Source: Chrysomallon squamiferum
Lineage: Eukaryota; Animalia; Mollusca
Length of the DNA stretch: 64,000 bases
Assembly (NCBI GenBank): GCA_012295275.1
Contig: CM022670.1
Coordinates: 26,474,001 to 26,538,000, forward strand
Direction of reading: 5' to 3'
Shown here: positions 1 to 13,826 of the stretch, piece after piece
Layout of the letters: each line of letters begins with the position of its first letter
Position numbering within the stretch: the stretch's first letter is position 1
Made by a program: the position numbers and the translations under genes
The notes under the pieces: generated by a model
What the model was told of the DNA's origin: nothing
The model's database searches: none
Seen by the model: only the letters and a program-made list of their open reading frames with translations

Positions 1-454
1 CTTAAACAGGCAATGTTTAACAGTTAAGATGCATTGTTTGAAAGGAAACGGCATTAAGATTTCGAGTCAAATATCAGACGGTCTGTTCCGATAACATCGC
101 GCACCATTACAGAGTAAAATCACTTATCAGAGCCAGCTGTGTTTGACTTCCCGCAGCAAGCATGCGCAGAGCGAACCCGAGACGTTCCAGTGAATAGACG
201 CTGAATGTTGATATGTCGTGTAAACAGGCGGTTTCTTCAATATGGCCGTAAGATTAAGCGCCTAACGTGAGTTTTAATGCGCGAAGTGTGTTATGAATAT
301 TTCTCTGCACACAATAAGATAATAGCAGAAACATTCTGAGCGTATCCGACATAATCCCGGGCGTCTGTCTTATAACTGATACATTGGAATTTTTTTTTTT
401 TTTTTTTGTTTTATTTTTTTTAAAGTTCGGGGTCTGATGATGATGATAATAATA

Positions 455-502
<48 letters not shown>

Positions 503-798
503 GTATCAGTATCAGTATAAACATCATCGTCATTATAACTGCTGAATAAATCCCTACTTTAATCCTCTATTACATTCTGAATTATTATTTTCTTCTACTT
601 TAATACCTATTTGTAACTTTTCTTACTTTTTTTTTTTTTTTTTTTTTTTTTGGCTGCTGTAAAAGTGTATATAATATTAAAGGTTTCAATAATTATAAAT
701 AAAGTATTCGACTCAGAAATGGTTTGCAGATTTGTTGATAGTTTTGACGGGAACTTTTAAATTATTTTTTCTTTCTTTCTTTTATTTTTTTATTTATT

Positions 799-858
<60 letters not shown>

Positions 859-1812
859 TTTGTTTTTTGTTTTTTTATTATTATTATTATAGACGTTTCT
901 TTTGGTTTGTTTGAATTTTCTTCTTTTTTATCCATCTTCCACTTATTATATTATGTTTTTAACCGATAACTCGGTTTTTTTTATGGTTACTTTTTTACTT
1001 ATTTATTTTTTTTTTTTTTTTCTTTAATTTATTGATGTTAACACTCTTCTTGTCATAATAATATAAAAAAAAAATTAGTTTTCGTTTCCTTTTCGTTTTC
1101 CTTCAGAAAAACTACACTTTCCAAAAAAAAAAAAAAAAAAAATGTTTTCTTCTTACAGTCGCCATCAATTTCCTGTAACCATCGTCTACACCTTTCCTCT
1201 TCAGCATCTCCATCACCTGCCGCCATCAAGATTACGAGCCAAAGTAGACGATTAAGCATATCTTTATTATTATCCTTCTCTCTCCTGGTGCTCGTCCTAT
1301 CGAGATTCGTGTTCCATGAATCAAGTGATAACTGCCATTTTCCAAAAGTAGAAACTCGTATCGAATTTGTCAGAAATTTATCACGCTGTATACTTCAGTC
1401 ACGTGAACAATTGCTACTTATCACGTGCAGATTGCCTACTTCTTCACACTCGAACTCACTCACAAATGATAATTTATATATTTTTTTTTAAAAATAACAA
1501 AAATAAATAAATAAGTTCTAATATCTGCTTTATCGTATGTTTATTTATATTTATCATTACAGCGGTGAACATCGTGTATAATAATTTAACATATTGTGTG
1601 ATCTGTGCCTCTTTATGATGTTCTGCTTTATTGAAGAGAAAGATAATTATACTCATTTTAGTACTCAGGTTCAGTGGTAAGTGATAAAATGCGGACCTAG
1701 ATTAATTTACGAAATAATTATTCGGTTTAGCATGTGCATTCGCATCTGTACCGAACTTTCTTATTTTTTTCTCTTTTTTTTGAACTGAAACTATGTATAT
1801 GTGTGTGTATGC

Positions 1813-1918
<106 letters not shown>

Positions 1919-2686
1919 TGGTTTTATTTTATTTTATTTATTTATTTATTTGTTGTTGTTTGTTTTGTTTTGTGGGTTTTTTTGTTCGTATGAACTGCGA
2001 ATAATGAATCTATGTTAGGAAATGTGTTTCAGAATACGGGAGCGTGTATGTGATTTGTGAAAACTCGCCACTGTTTCATTTTAAAAACGTTTTATTCAGG
2101 AACAATGTTACCTGATCGCACGTTTACACGTTCATAGATCAAACACTGTTATCCGTGACCAGATCCTGTGTCCTCTAAAACGTAATCGTAGACTAATTTA
2201 TCTGGCTGCACTTGCAGGCTTGAAAAATTACACCCAGCCATTTATACTCAGGTGCAGGGGATTTACTGAGTCCCCTCAATATACTAATTATTTATTTTTA
2301 AACCATACTTGAAACAGAGTATATGTAAATAAAAGCTTAGCCCAGGTCTTGATTCCTAGTTAATAGAATTTTAATGGTGTGGACAGCGGGTCTGGAAGGA
2401 GGAATTAACAGAAAGGTTCTGAAACGAGTGATTTTGTTTAATCGTATTACGTAGTCGTGGATTACTGACAATAAGTGCATAAAAATGTTACCGCGGTTGA
2501 GTGTGGACTAACGACTTAAAGACTGAACGGTCTAAACAAAACTAATGTATCGACATCTCAGAATAATGTTTGGTTTTCATCACTTACTTCAGACGGCTGA
2601 CATTTAAACAGTATGCATAATGATGAGATAATTTACACTTGAACTGTTATGTCACAGATTAACCTGTTGGATGGACAGACTATGTA

Positions 2687-2689
<3 letters not shown>

Positions 2690-2760
<71 letters not shown>
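2690..2760. repeat. (GA)n microsatellite
   Basis: Direct read. Confidence 0.95.
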
Positions 2761-2762
<2 letters not shown>

Positions 2763-3357
2763 TAATAATAATAATAATTTGTATAGAATTAATTCCATTA
2801 AACATTTTTCTGTAGATATGACTGTTACAGGAAGCTGCCAATCCCAGTTCTACTGTTTTATCATAGTTTATCAAGATGTTTCCCAACGAAACGGTTCACA
2901 GATTTTAGAACGCAAGCTCATTCAAAGCAACAAAGGTTAATGGGAGATAACTCCTGCAAATTTACAGAATAACTTTCTAATTTGTAAAGCTTATCTAACA
3001 AGTTTGTAATTTTTGTTGATGCTTTGTAATTGCTGTGCTGTCTTCGGAACAGCAGAAACTTGGATTTATTGTTTATAGGAAGGAGACTGTTTCGATTACT
3101 GGCCTAAGCTCACTGAAAAGATTCATTTAAAATACAGTTATCTTTGGTTTTGCATTCAAGTGGTTTTATAAACTTTGCATACTGCCCAGATTTTTTTTTG
3201 ATTTTTTTATTTGATACCGGAAATAATCTTTTCTAATAATAAAGTATCGCAATAAAAGTACATTCTGTTGAAACTGCATGGAGTAACTGGTAATAGTAAC
3301 TGTGGTTTGATTATAATGAAAATATATCTTTTGAATTGCTTTTTTCTTTCTTACTTA

Positions 3358-3396
<39 letters not shown>

Positions 3397-4033
3397 TTAT
3401 ACCATTTTAAGTTGTTCTTCGAGGATTTTTATACATAACATTTCTTTTAACTTTAAATGGAGTTTCAAAATATCGACAGTCCTGAACTTAGGACATTGTT
3501 AGCTGTTAACAGTTTCTCATCAAACATAAAAGGTATTAAATAAAAATGTAATAATGTGCCTCTATAAGCATGTGAAAAAAGAAGAAGAGATTATGTACGG
3601 ACAAATTAAACATGCAAGTGTTGTGGGCCAGTTTTTCCACCAGCATAAAACACTAAACGACTGCATTAGATACTAAATTCCTGTCAAAAGTTGACTTACG
3701 ATTTCACTATTTAATTCGGTGGAGAATGTCAGTTAAAGATGGATTTTTATAGATAACATATGACATATAGTTCTGTAGTTAATTCTTATCTTACAAACTG
3801 CAATGAGAATTAGTGACACCAGATTAATAAGAGTACCTCGAAAAGTACACAAGTTGCTCCAGTGGAATTACGACAGACTTCAAAGCAATTAACGAGCTAA
3901 CAAAAGGTCTGTGTTTATAAGAAATTAAATTTGAAACCTGAATTATATTTGAACGCGGGAAAGAAGATTTACATAATTCCCACGTATATTTAGAGATAAT
4001 AATAAAAAAAAATTAAAAAAAAAAATAACAACA

Positions 4034-4073
<40 letters not shown>

Positions 4074-4183
4074 GTAGAGAAAAGAAAACTGAAAAATGTG
4101 TACAAAGATAAATATTTTGAATTATTGAAGGAAATTAGCTTTAAAAACTACAATTCGATTTTTTAATCTTTTATCTATTTGCA

Positions 4184-4229
<46 letters not shown>

Positions 4230-5166
4230 GTGGCTAGAGCAGTAGTAACAACACAGCAGCAGTAATACTAGCAACAGCTGAAGTAGTTATATCAGTTTAT
4301 AGTTATAATTACAGACTATAGAATTCAGTTAATAATGTAAATTTGTTTAAAAGAATCTTTCAGTAATTTTCTCTTCTTTTTTCTTCCGTATTTTTTTTCT
4401 TTTTCTTTTTCTTTTTCTTTTAATTTTTTTATTTTTTTTTTTTATTTTTTATTTTTTTTTTTTATATGTAATTCCTTTTTTCAATTATATATATTGATGT
4501 TTTAATTTATTTTCTCCATTTATTTATTCATTTATTTATTTATTTTGTTTCTTCGAGATTACTATTATTATTACAATTAAAATAATAATAATAATAATAA
4601 TAATCGTCCCTTAACTGTATTCATCTAAACACTATTCCTTTGCACAGAGTACATTCTTCCATTTAAAACAGACCGCATCGTAGAAAAAATACCAGCATTC
4701 AACTTGAACAATTTTATACCCGGGCTGCCCCTTTTAATGCATTTCTCGTACGTTCTACAGGTGTACTACCGCACTGAAGCTGCATTAAAAATAACGAGCC
4801 GGTATGTTATTGGATTTCTCAGTGAGAAAGGCAAAAAAGAAAAAAAAAAAAAAAAAAAATCACTGAAGCCGATTATTAACTACTCAGAGCTCTAGAACTT
4901 TGCTTCAACGGTTTTCTGTCAAACTGCGGACCAGTCGATCAGTGTAGTGAGAAACCTGCCTACCTGGCTGCCTTCCTCAGACGAGGAGAAAGTGTAAAAA
5001 CTTAGCTGTTTGTTTAAGTTGGGCACCATCGCAGCTTATCTGTCCAACAGACTTAGTGTTTTTCTTGCTTAATGCGGCGCGTTTGAGAAGATATTTATCC
5101 ATTCATCGGAGTACGAATCTGTCGGCTACTTGAAAGAGTTGACCGCAGCCCTCCTCCGAGCTCGCG

Positions 5167-5314
5167 CCCCCGCCCCCACTTTGAGGAGAGAGAAAAAAAA
5201 TCTATTATTAGACAACAAAGAACCAATGAGGATCCTTATTCTCGCCTGTTGAGTTGGGGTCTACATCAATTTATATACCGGGAGTCAGAGGTTGCGAGAG
5301 AGAGTCAGTCAGTT
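5167..5314 (+). promoter_or_regulatory. Candidate Tiki core promoter: GC box, CCAAT, TATA-like, Inr-like
   Basis: CCCCCGCCCCC 5167-5177, CCAAT 5223-5227, TATATA 5272-5277, TCAGTC/TCAGTT 5305-5314, in canonical order within a CpG-rich patch about 420 bp upstream of the ATG. Confidence 0.5.
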
Positions 5315-5722
5315 GGTATAAGATGGTGAAGTTCTACGTTTTTGCGACACTTTTACTGAATACCTTCTCACACGAAGATAAGAAAAGGTCGACATTCTCT
5401 CAGCGATTACTAAGCCAACCAGTACCTTCGGACAGACGGTCGTAACGACTATGAGCGGAACATACAGAGTGATTCTGTCTTGACAAACAGACGACGAAAA
5501 CTTTCTGTGTGCTTGTTCTCAGGATAACAGTATTTAAAAAAAAAAAATTTATTAATATTATTATTATTTTAATAATTCATACTTTCTGAATTTTTTTAAT
5601 TTTTTTTTGAATTTTTTTATTTTTTTATTATTATTATTATTGTTTTGCCCACCGGAATATTTTGGTCAGGGCGGGGAGAAGCGAATGGACAGGGCAGGGT
5701 TTCTCCATGGATCGGAACCCCC

Positions 5723-5845
5723 ATGATGCGTAGTGTTGTGTTTGGAGGAACCTTGATATTTGTGTTGGCTGTTCTACATTCGTCCAGCGTCCTCTCGGAC
5801 ATCGATAGCTACAGGTCAAAGTGTTCCTCGGAAACACCCAAAAAT
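5723..5845 (+). CDS. TRABD2: Tiki exon 1: signal peptide, MMRSVVFGGTLIFVLAVLHSSSVLSDIDSYRSKCSSETPKN
   Basis: ATG at 5723 (second in-frame ATG at 5726), hydrophobic h-region, a Cys shortly before the exon end, donor AAT|GTAAGG at 5846. Phase 0 matches the exon 2 acceptor. Confidence 0.8.
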
Positions 5846-5868
5846 GTAAGGTTATTTTTAAATTACCT

Positions 5869-5870
5869 TC

Positions 5871-5957
<87 letters not shown>
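5869..5957. repeat. (TC)n microsatellite just inside Tiki intron 1
   Basis: Direct read; starts about 23 nt after the exon 1 donor. Confidence 0.95.
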
Positions 5958-5961
<4 letters not shown>

Positions 5962-7418
5962 TTATCTTTTTCACTGTGTGCGGTGTGTTAGTGATCAGTT
6001 CGCACTATCTGTTTCAAATACCTAAGATAATAATTTAAAAATATTCAAGTATATAATACAGTCGACCATTTTACACACAGTGCATATACATATATACTGC
6101 AGACGTACATATGCAACATACACAGGCACATGCACAAACATACCCACACGTGCACAAACATACCCACACATGTACATCCCCATTCATGCATACAAACATA
6201 ATAATAAAACTACAGCAATTTTTATGTTATTTATTTTTACTTTTATTTTTTAAACAAATCTCGTTAACTTGAGATTGTTTAAATTTGAGGCACCGTTTCA
6301 AATATTAACTTTCGGGGCGGATTAGAGGGGCCAATTCTTCTTCTTAAATAATAGCGCTGGCATAGTTACCAAGTGCTTCTGTATAAAAAGAAATATTTTA
6401 ATTTATCATGAACGCTAGGCGACAGATACACGTCGGTTTAGTTTCAGTTAGACAATGCTTTACGTCGCCGTTCTCTCTAATACCTTTTTTTTTTTTTTTT
6501 TTTTTTTTTTTTCTTATGTCTCGTTTATTTTTTCTCTCTCTATCTTATTTAGATTTTTATTTATTGTCTTTTCTTTTTTTTTTTTTTTTTTTTTTCCTTC
6601 TTTTTTTCTAATTCCGTTCTATTTGCTTTTGATCTGTTCTGTAAAAGGTTGAACGCTATTACATTTGAATTTATATTATTTGTAACGGGGTAAAAAACTA
6701 GATCTAGACTTAGCTGGCGAAGAAACGTACCCAGGCTTCAAAAGACTATGAATGAATAAAATCACCGCTTTATATTTTGTTTATTGTATTTATAATTAAA
6801 TGTTTTTAAAGCTGATCGGAGTTCAGGGCAATTCTTTTTCTTATTATTATCCCATTATAATATTTAGTTAGTGCCCGTCTGTTTACAGACTTTTGTAATT
6901 TTACTGAATCCACAGGTCCTGCATATCAGTCCATCAGTGATGTTTTTCAGTTTTTATTATTATTATTATTATTATTTAATCCTGTGTATTGGATTATAAA
7001 CCACTTTGCAGCGAATATTAAGTTGTTTAACAGCAAAATAAAATATACGTGTTAAATATATTAATTATAATATTCATGTATATTAAATATAGTTATATTA
7101 AAAAGACAGTAACCGTATTTTTAAAACCAGCTGATGGGAAATTAAAACCTTTAAACGTTTCTGAATCAAACTAAAATGAACACATGCCATCAATGGGAAA
7201 ATTAGCTAACATAGTTTAATAAGTGACTTAAATACTTCGAATTACTTTATTAACTAAATCAGTCTTGCAACATATTGAGTAAACTACCTCAGAACAAAAT
7301 TCTAAAACAGTCACTCTTTAAATGGGAAATAAAAATGAATATAAAGTAAAAGAAAAAAAAAAACATTACAAACCGCATTTAAAAATATACAAATAATATA
7401 TTACATATACACACACAC

Positions 7419-7450
<32 letters not shown>

Positions 7451-7872
7451 CACACTGCTTTTAGCCTGACAGTTGTGGAAGAAAACTGCACAGTGTAATA
7501 GATTGTTCTGTTTAACAACAAACAGCCCATGACGAAACAGTTTTTATTATAATTCAGATAATGAGATAAAAATATAATTTTGTACGAAAGTAAATAATTC
7601 AAGGAGAAAGAAAGATAATAACTTGCAAGTTGAACATATATATCTTGCGATGACCAGAATTTTTATCGAACGGAAATGTATTTATTTCGATATATTTATT
7701 ACCTCTTATTTATATATATATAACTATCGGTATATAATTAGTGTTTAATTGCTGGATTACATTTTAGAAGATTTTTTTATTATTATTTTAAAAAATAACA
7801 AAACAGATTTTATTATTTAAGAACGCATGACTACGCACTCGCTCGAGAGCGGGGTCTGGAGAAATAAAACAA

Positions 7873-7904
7873 ACACACACACAGACACAGACACGTACAC
7901 ACAG

Positions 7905-7949
<45 letters not shown>

Positions 7950-8042
7950 TAGACACACACACACACACACACGACACACATGCTACACACACATACACAC
8001 GCACACATACATACACACAGACACGTAAACACAGACATACAC

Positions 8043-8084
<42 letters not shown>

Positions 8085-8167
8085 CGCTCACACACACACA
8101 CACACATATATACACACACATACACACCCATACACACACACACACAGGCTCGCACACACACACACAT
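7873..8167. repeat. Degenerate (CA)n tract
   Basis: Direct read. Confidence 0.9.
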
Positions 8168-9244
8168 TATTAAATGATAATGTTTCAGTCTGTCATGCTG
8201 GCTCATGTTTTCAGTGCACTGAATCTACAAAATGTACATCAGTGATAAATCTGTGCCTCGAAATGATAAAAATCTTGTTATAAAAAGTTATTAATATTCT
8301 GCTTCGTTTACACTTTATTTGTGATGCCGAACACAATTTGCATTTAGTTTACTATTAGCTGTTGAATTACGCTAAAACGAGAGCGAGCGAGCAAGAGAGA
8401 GATAGATAGAGAAAGAGAGAGAGAATGAATGAGAGAAAAAGAGAGAATGAATGATGCTGTATTTCAGAAAGAGAAATATTCTAGTAAAATGCAGTGTGAA
8501 AATCAACGAGAGAGATATTTTATCTGTGTGAAAACAGAAAAAGAGACACAAAACATAACTAAAAGAAATAGAATATAATATAATAATTCTATTGCAGTAT
8601 TGGTTAATCTTCTAAACTAAACGACTTGCTTGTGTATTGCACTATCCATCCCATACATAACCTCACATATTTGCTTTCAGCTGTATACTCGTAAAATGTG
8701 AAACGAAATCCGCGATGAAACATATCACGTTACACACCTTCAATTAAAATTAATATTTACTATCCACCCCTACAAGGATTAACCGTGCATTCGTTTCTTT
8801 TATCTTTTTTTATTATTATTATTTATTTATTTTTTATTTTTTATTTTTTATTTTTTTTAAATTCATTCCCCCCCCCTCTTTTATTACCCCCTCTTTTAAA
8901 TGTTGATAGATAGATTGTAGAACTTGCAATATTACCTTCGCAGATTACGAGCCCCTGTCATGTTTGCACCTAAATAACCGATAAGTAAAGGTAGGCTTTA
9001 AAGGTGGAGGAAAAAAAAAACGTTTGAGTGATTTTTTTAAAAGATTCTTTTAAACAGGTAGTCGCCTACACTTTATTTAATAAATGCGAATTTAGACCAA
9101 AGAAATTTGTGTAGCCTGTCTTGGTCAAATTTCTTGTTACAAAGAAATACATACGCAATGACATGTGAATATGTGTTTGTATATATACATAGGCTTCACA
9201 CACACAGTTATATTTTATATGCACGTATATTCGCCAAATCTATA

Positions 9245-9296
<52 letters not shown>

Positions 9297-9420
9297 AACA
9301 TACGCACAGTCATACACACTCACGCGTTTATACTCAACCAATCACACATGAATACGATCACCTCCACACACACACACACACACATCTTCACGTCCTGAGT
9401 TTTTGTAATGATTATTATTA

Positions 9421-9452
<32 letters not shown>

Positions 9453-10559
9453 AGTTATTAATAATAACAGCTCGTATCTTACTGTTCAAACTGCATGCAG
9501 CTCTTCGCCTCAACACACAATGGGTGTTACTTTCCCCTGTCCCCGTAACCGTTTCATTCCCTTCTCGGCGTTCAGACCCTTTCAATTTCAGTGGCAGGTT
9601 TTGCGCCGTTTTGTTTGTTCTTCTTCATCCAAAGTCAACCCGTCTGTGTGCGGAACAATGGCGTGCCACGGGGCACTTCTACCCTCTGCACTCCACAAAT
9701 CTCCTGGTCTAAAGCCTGGCCGCTAAATAAATTGACAAAACTTAACAGTTTGGTGATATTTCTCTCAGCTTTTTTTTTTTTTTTTTTTTTTTATCACAAT
9801 AACGTTATAAGATCATGTTCAATGGGACCGTAATAAAACAATAGAACCTGTATTGAGTGTGTGTGTGTGTGTGTGTGTGTGGCGATTTCATATTTATATT
9901 ATATAATTTTCTTTTATCAATGTTTAGATTAATTATTTACAGTTTATTTTATCTCAGTAATCAGCGTGTGTTCTTAATATTTATCTTTTTTTACATTCGT
10001 ATGCACAAAGACATCTCACTTTTACTAATTTTCAGAATAATTTATAATCAAATTAAAATTCTGGGATTCAGTGCATTGTCTTGCTGCAAGTATGCGAGCG
10101 CCTGAAACCAATCTAAACTTGGAGCTGACCTTTTGATAAGGCGCTCACTTGAAATTCTTCCATCACTTCAGACTGAATTCTGTGTAATGTTAAGTTCGGT
10201 CCTCTGGGTAGTTAACAGCTGGGCGTAGGTCCTGCTCATGGGCAAGGAAGCCATTCAGTGCAGCCAGTTTAATGGTTAAGATCCTCATGTTAAAATTACC
10301 ACCTTTGTATTATAATTAAATGTGCTGCCACTGAAGAATGTAGCCCAAATATTAAAAAGAAACTTTGAAACTGAGAAAGAAAACTTTCAAAGTGTTTACA
10401 AGTAAATCTTTTATATATATATATTATTGCATTATATTTGATAATATCCATCTGTCAAGCTGTTCTTTGCGTTCTAATTGAAATGCTGCATAGATTGTTT
10501 TTCGCGTTTCTCTTTATATTTCTTTGATTCTCTCTCTCATTTCTCTTTACATTTATTTG

Positions 10560-10694
<135 letters not shown>

Positions 10695-11896
10695 TATTTA
10701 TCTGTCTTCTTTTCTACTGCTTTCTTCTAGCTTTAATGTTTAAACGAATCCATAAAGATGGAAAAGGAAAGTTCTCCTTTTTTATAATTAAAAATACTCT
10801 TTTATTTCATTTTATACCAGAATATTAATGTTCATCGTTGTGCTTTATGTTGTTTCGTTATTTACAGAGGTTTCTTTTCAAAACTTTAATTCTTATAAAA
10901 TTCGACAATATCACTGTTTAACTTATCAGGATGCTTATCTTCTGCTTATTCGGGTTACAATGCACAACAACCAAACACAAAAGCATCGCTTAGGTTGCGA
11001 ATCTTTTCACACATCTTCGCAAAGAACGTAAACTGATTTCCACAAAAAGTGTTACTTTTCAGTCATCTAAATTCTTTTGTTAAAATTTCTTTAAAAATCA
11101 AACTTTGTAAAAAGCCTTTTGTAAGTGATCTCTCCAACGTACGTGATCTGCAACTGACAGCATTTGTCTCGTTAAGTTGTGTACGCGGAACCGAGCAGCA
11201 GTTTGTCTGTCCGAGGATACTGTTACTGTATTTAAATTAAATCGAGATCATTTTTATTTGTTAGCTGGGAGGGGTTTTGGGGGGAGGGGTTGTAGGTTTT
11301 TTTGTTTTTTACAGGTTTTTTTTTCTTTTTCTTTTTATTATTATTATTTATATTTAATTTTTTTTAATTTTTATCAATTTTTTTATTATTATTTTTTTTT
11401 TTGTTTGTTGTATTTTGGGGGAACTTTTGTTTGTTTTTGTTTTGGCAGTTTTGGAAGAACTGAGCAGAAGATTTGAAAAATAAAATGTTATTATTAATTT
11501 TTGTCTACGTCTCTCACTGTTTTATTTTTTTTCATTTTAGGATTTTAAAAATAATAAAACAGTATAATACAAAAAAAGAAAAAGAAAAAATCGCAATTTC
11601 TTTCTCCGAAGATTAAGTTGTCTTTAAATAAAACTTTAATACTAGATAAATTTAAAAATTAAAACTACTTTTATATACGAACGTTAAATTAACTGTGATA
11701 TTGAACGTCTGATGTGTAATGTGTAAAGCTATATTTCTGATTAATGCACTGAAAATAATATGAAAGAAAAAACCCTGTTTTTATTTGTCTTTATTAAGCG
11801 ATTTAATTATATACACCAGACGATCTCGTTTCTATATTTGTTTTTATTTCTATTATGATTTTAAGGTTTATTTGTATGGTTTTTTTTTAAATGAAT

Positions 11897-11946
<50 letters not shown>

Positions 11947-12166
11947 GTGTGTGTTTTATGAAATGAAACTATTTTCATATTAACAGTTACATTCATCATA
12001 ATATCAGAATAATACAATCATCATAATCTTCATCATGAGTATCATAATCATTATCATTATCAATTTCATTATTATTATCACCATCATCATAAGTAGTAGT
12101 AGTAGTAGTAGTATATAATATTTACTTTTAAAATTATTAAAAAAATTATTTTCTTGTGTTTCGCAG

Positions 12167-12727
12167 CAAAGTCATCTCAACTCGTTCCTATGGACCATTA
12201 ACAGAGATCCGCCATCTTATCTCTTCGGCACGATCCACGTGCCGTACACGCGCGTCTGGGATTTCATTCCTGAGAACGCGAGACAGGCGTTTCGTCAGAG
12301 CGAGAACGTTTTCTTTGAACTGGACCTGACGGATCCCCAGACGATTTCAGCCCTCTCCAACTGTCAGCTCCTCCCCCACGGCGAAAACCTGTCCAACGTC
12401 CTCCCGACGGATATCTACCAGCGCCTGAAACGCCACCTGGAGTATGTCCGGACGAACATGCCGGACTGGATGTCAGCGGACCAGAAAGGACGAGGGATTT
12501 ACGCCGACTATCTGTTCAACGCCATCGCCGGAAACTGGGAGCGAAAGAGACCCGTATGGGTTATGCTGATGATGAATTCGTTGACCGAGAGGGACATACA
12601 GTCCCGTGGTATTCCCGTTTTGGATTTATTTCTGGCACAGACTGCGGAACGAGTGGGCAAAGTTACCGGAGCCGTGGAAGTAGTCGAAGAGCAGTGTGTT
12701 CCTCTAAACGAGTTAAACTTCTCACAG
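12167..12727 (+). CDS. TRABD2: Tiki exon 2: N-terminal part of catalytic TraB/Tiki domain ([27 protein letters not shown]...[14 protein letters not shown])
   Basis: Acceptor ttcttgtgtttcgcag| at 12166, donor CAG|GTTAGT at 12728, 561 nt open frame; GTIH, FFE and EVVEEQC conserved motifs. Confidence 0.97.
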
Positions 12728-13419
12728 GTTAGTCTTTACTTTCTGACGTCACCGTTAATTCCTCTTTGATTGTCCTTCTGTGGTGAAATCCCATGAACAT
12801 GACACCCCCAAACCATCACTTAAGTATTCCGTCTTAAAAACCGATATTGGCACTTTCATAAATGGTTTTTTTTTTTTGGGGGGTGGTTGCTGTCATCTTT
12901 TATCACAGATTATATGAAGCTGTTTAACTGTAGGATTAATTGGCCAAACAACTCATTTTATTAGTATTAAATACTGTTACCAGCTTCTGTCTATTTTCAC
13001 CTTAACAAACTGGGCCAGCGATACTTCACTGGAAATAAATTTTTAATAAATTTAATACTTTAACATGATTTGAGCATCTGTCGTGACTGATAAAACATTT
13101 TGCAACTTGTCAACTTTAAAAACAAACAATCTGTTAATACCTCATCCTCATACAAATTACTGGCACAACTGTTGATATCATCATCATCATCATCATCATA
13201 ATTATTATTATTATTACTACTACTAATGCTATTACTAATAAAAGAGATCGACATTATGTCAGGTGTACTGAAATATTATCCTTTCATGCAATACTTCTAG
13301 AAATATAAAATAAAATCATATTCCTTTCTGATACAACAGCAGAACAAAAAACAGGAATTCTGAACGTCAGTATAAAGCGAGTTTTGCACATGACAGCGGA
13401 TCAAACGCGGGAATGTGAC

Positions 13420-13486
13420 GTGTGCGTATGTTGTGAATTAAGTTCGGGTGTGTGCGTGTGTTGTGAATTAAGTTCGGGGTGTGTGC
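13420..13486 (+). repeat. Tandem duplication, 30-bp unit x2
   Basis: gtgtgcgt(a/g)tgttgtgaattaagttcggg repeated. Confidence 0.85.
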
Positions 13487-13762
13487 CGTGTCGGCACTGT
13501 ACGGTAATTTACGGAGTTGAATTGCGAGTTACGACTTAAGCTGTTCGGAACGCCATTCCAACAGGTATATACATTTAAAACGTGCACCGCTTCATAGTTA
13601 CCATTCTGTGTGACATTTCTCTAATAACTTGTACTGTGTGACTGTCAGGTATTGGTAATTGTTCATATATAGGTCGTGGATTAAAAAAAACCACGCTAGA
13701 AGGTGAACAGGTAATTTTTAGAATTTTTTGAATTTTTTTGAATTTCATTTTAAGTGTTTATT

Positions 13763-13826
<64 letters not shown>

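Noticed and set aside
5645-5722. N-terminal extension of Tiki from the TTG at 5645
   Set aside because: Non-ATG start from the ORF caller; the ATG at 5723/5726 gives a normal signal peptide.
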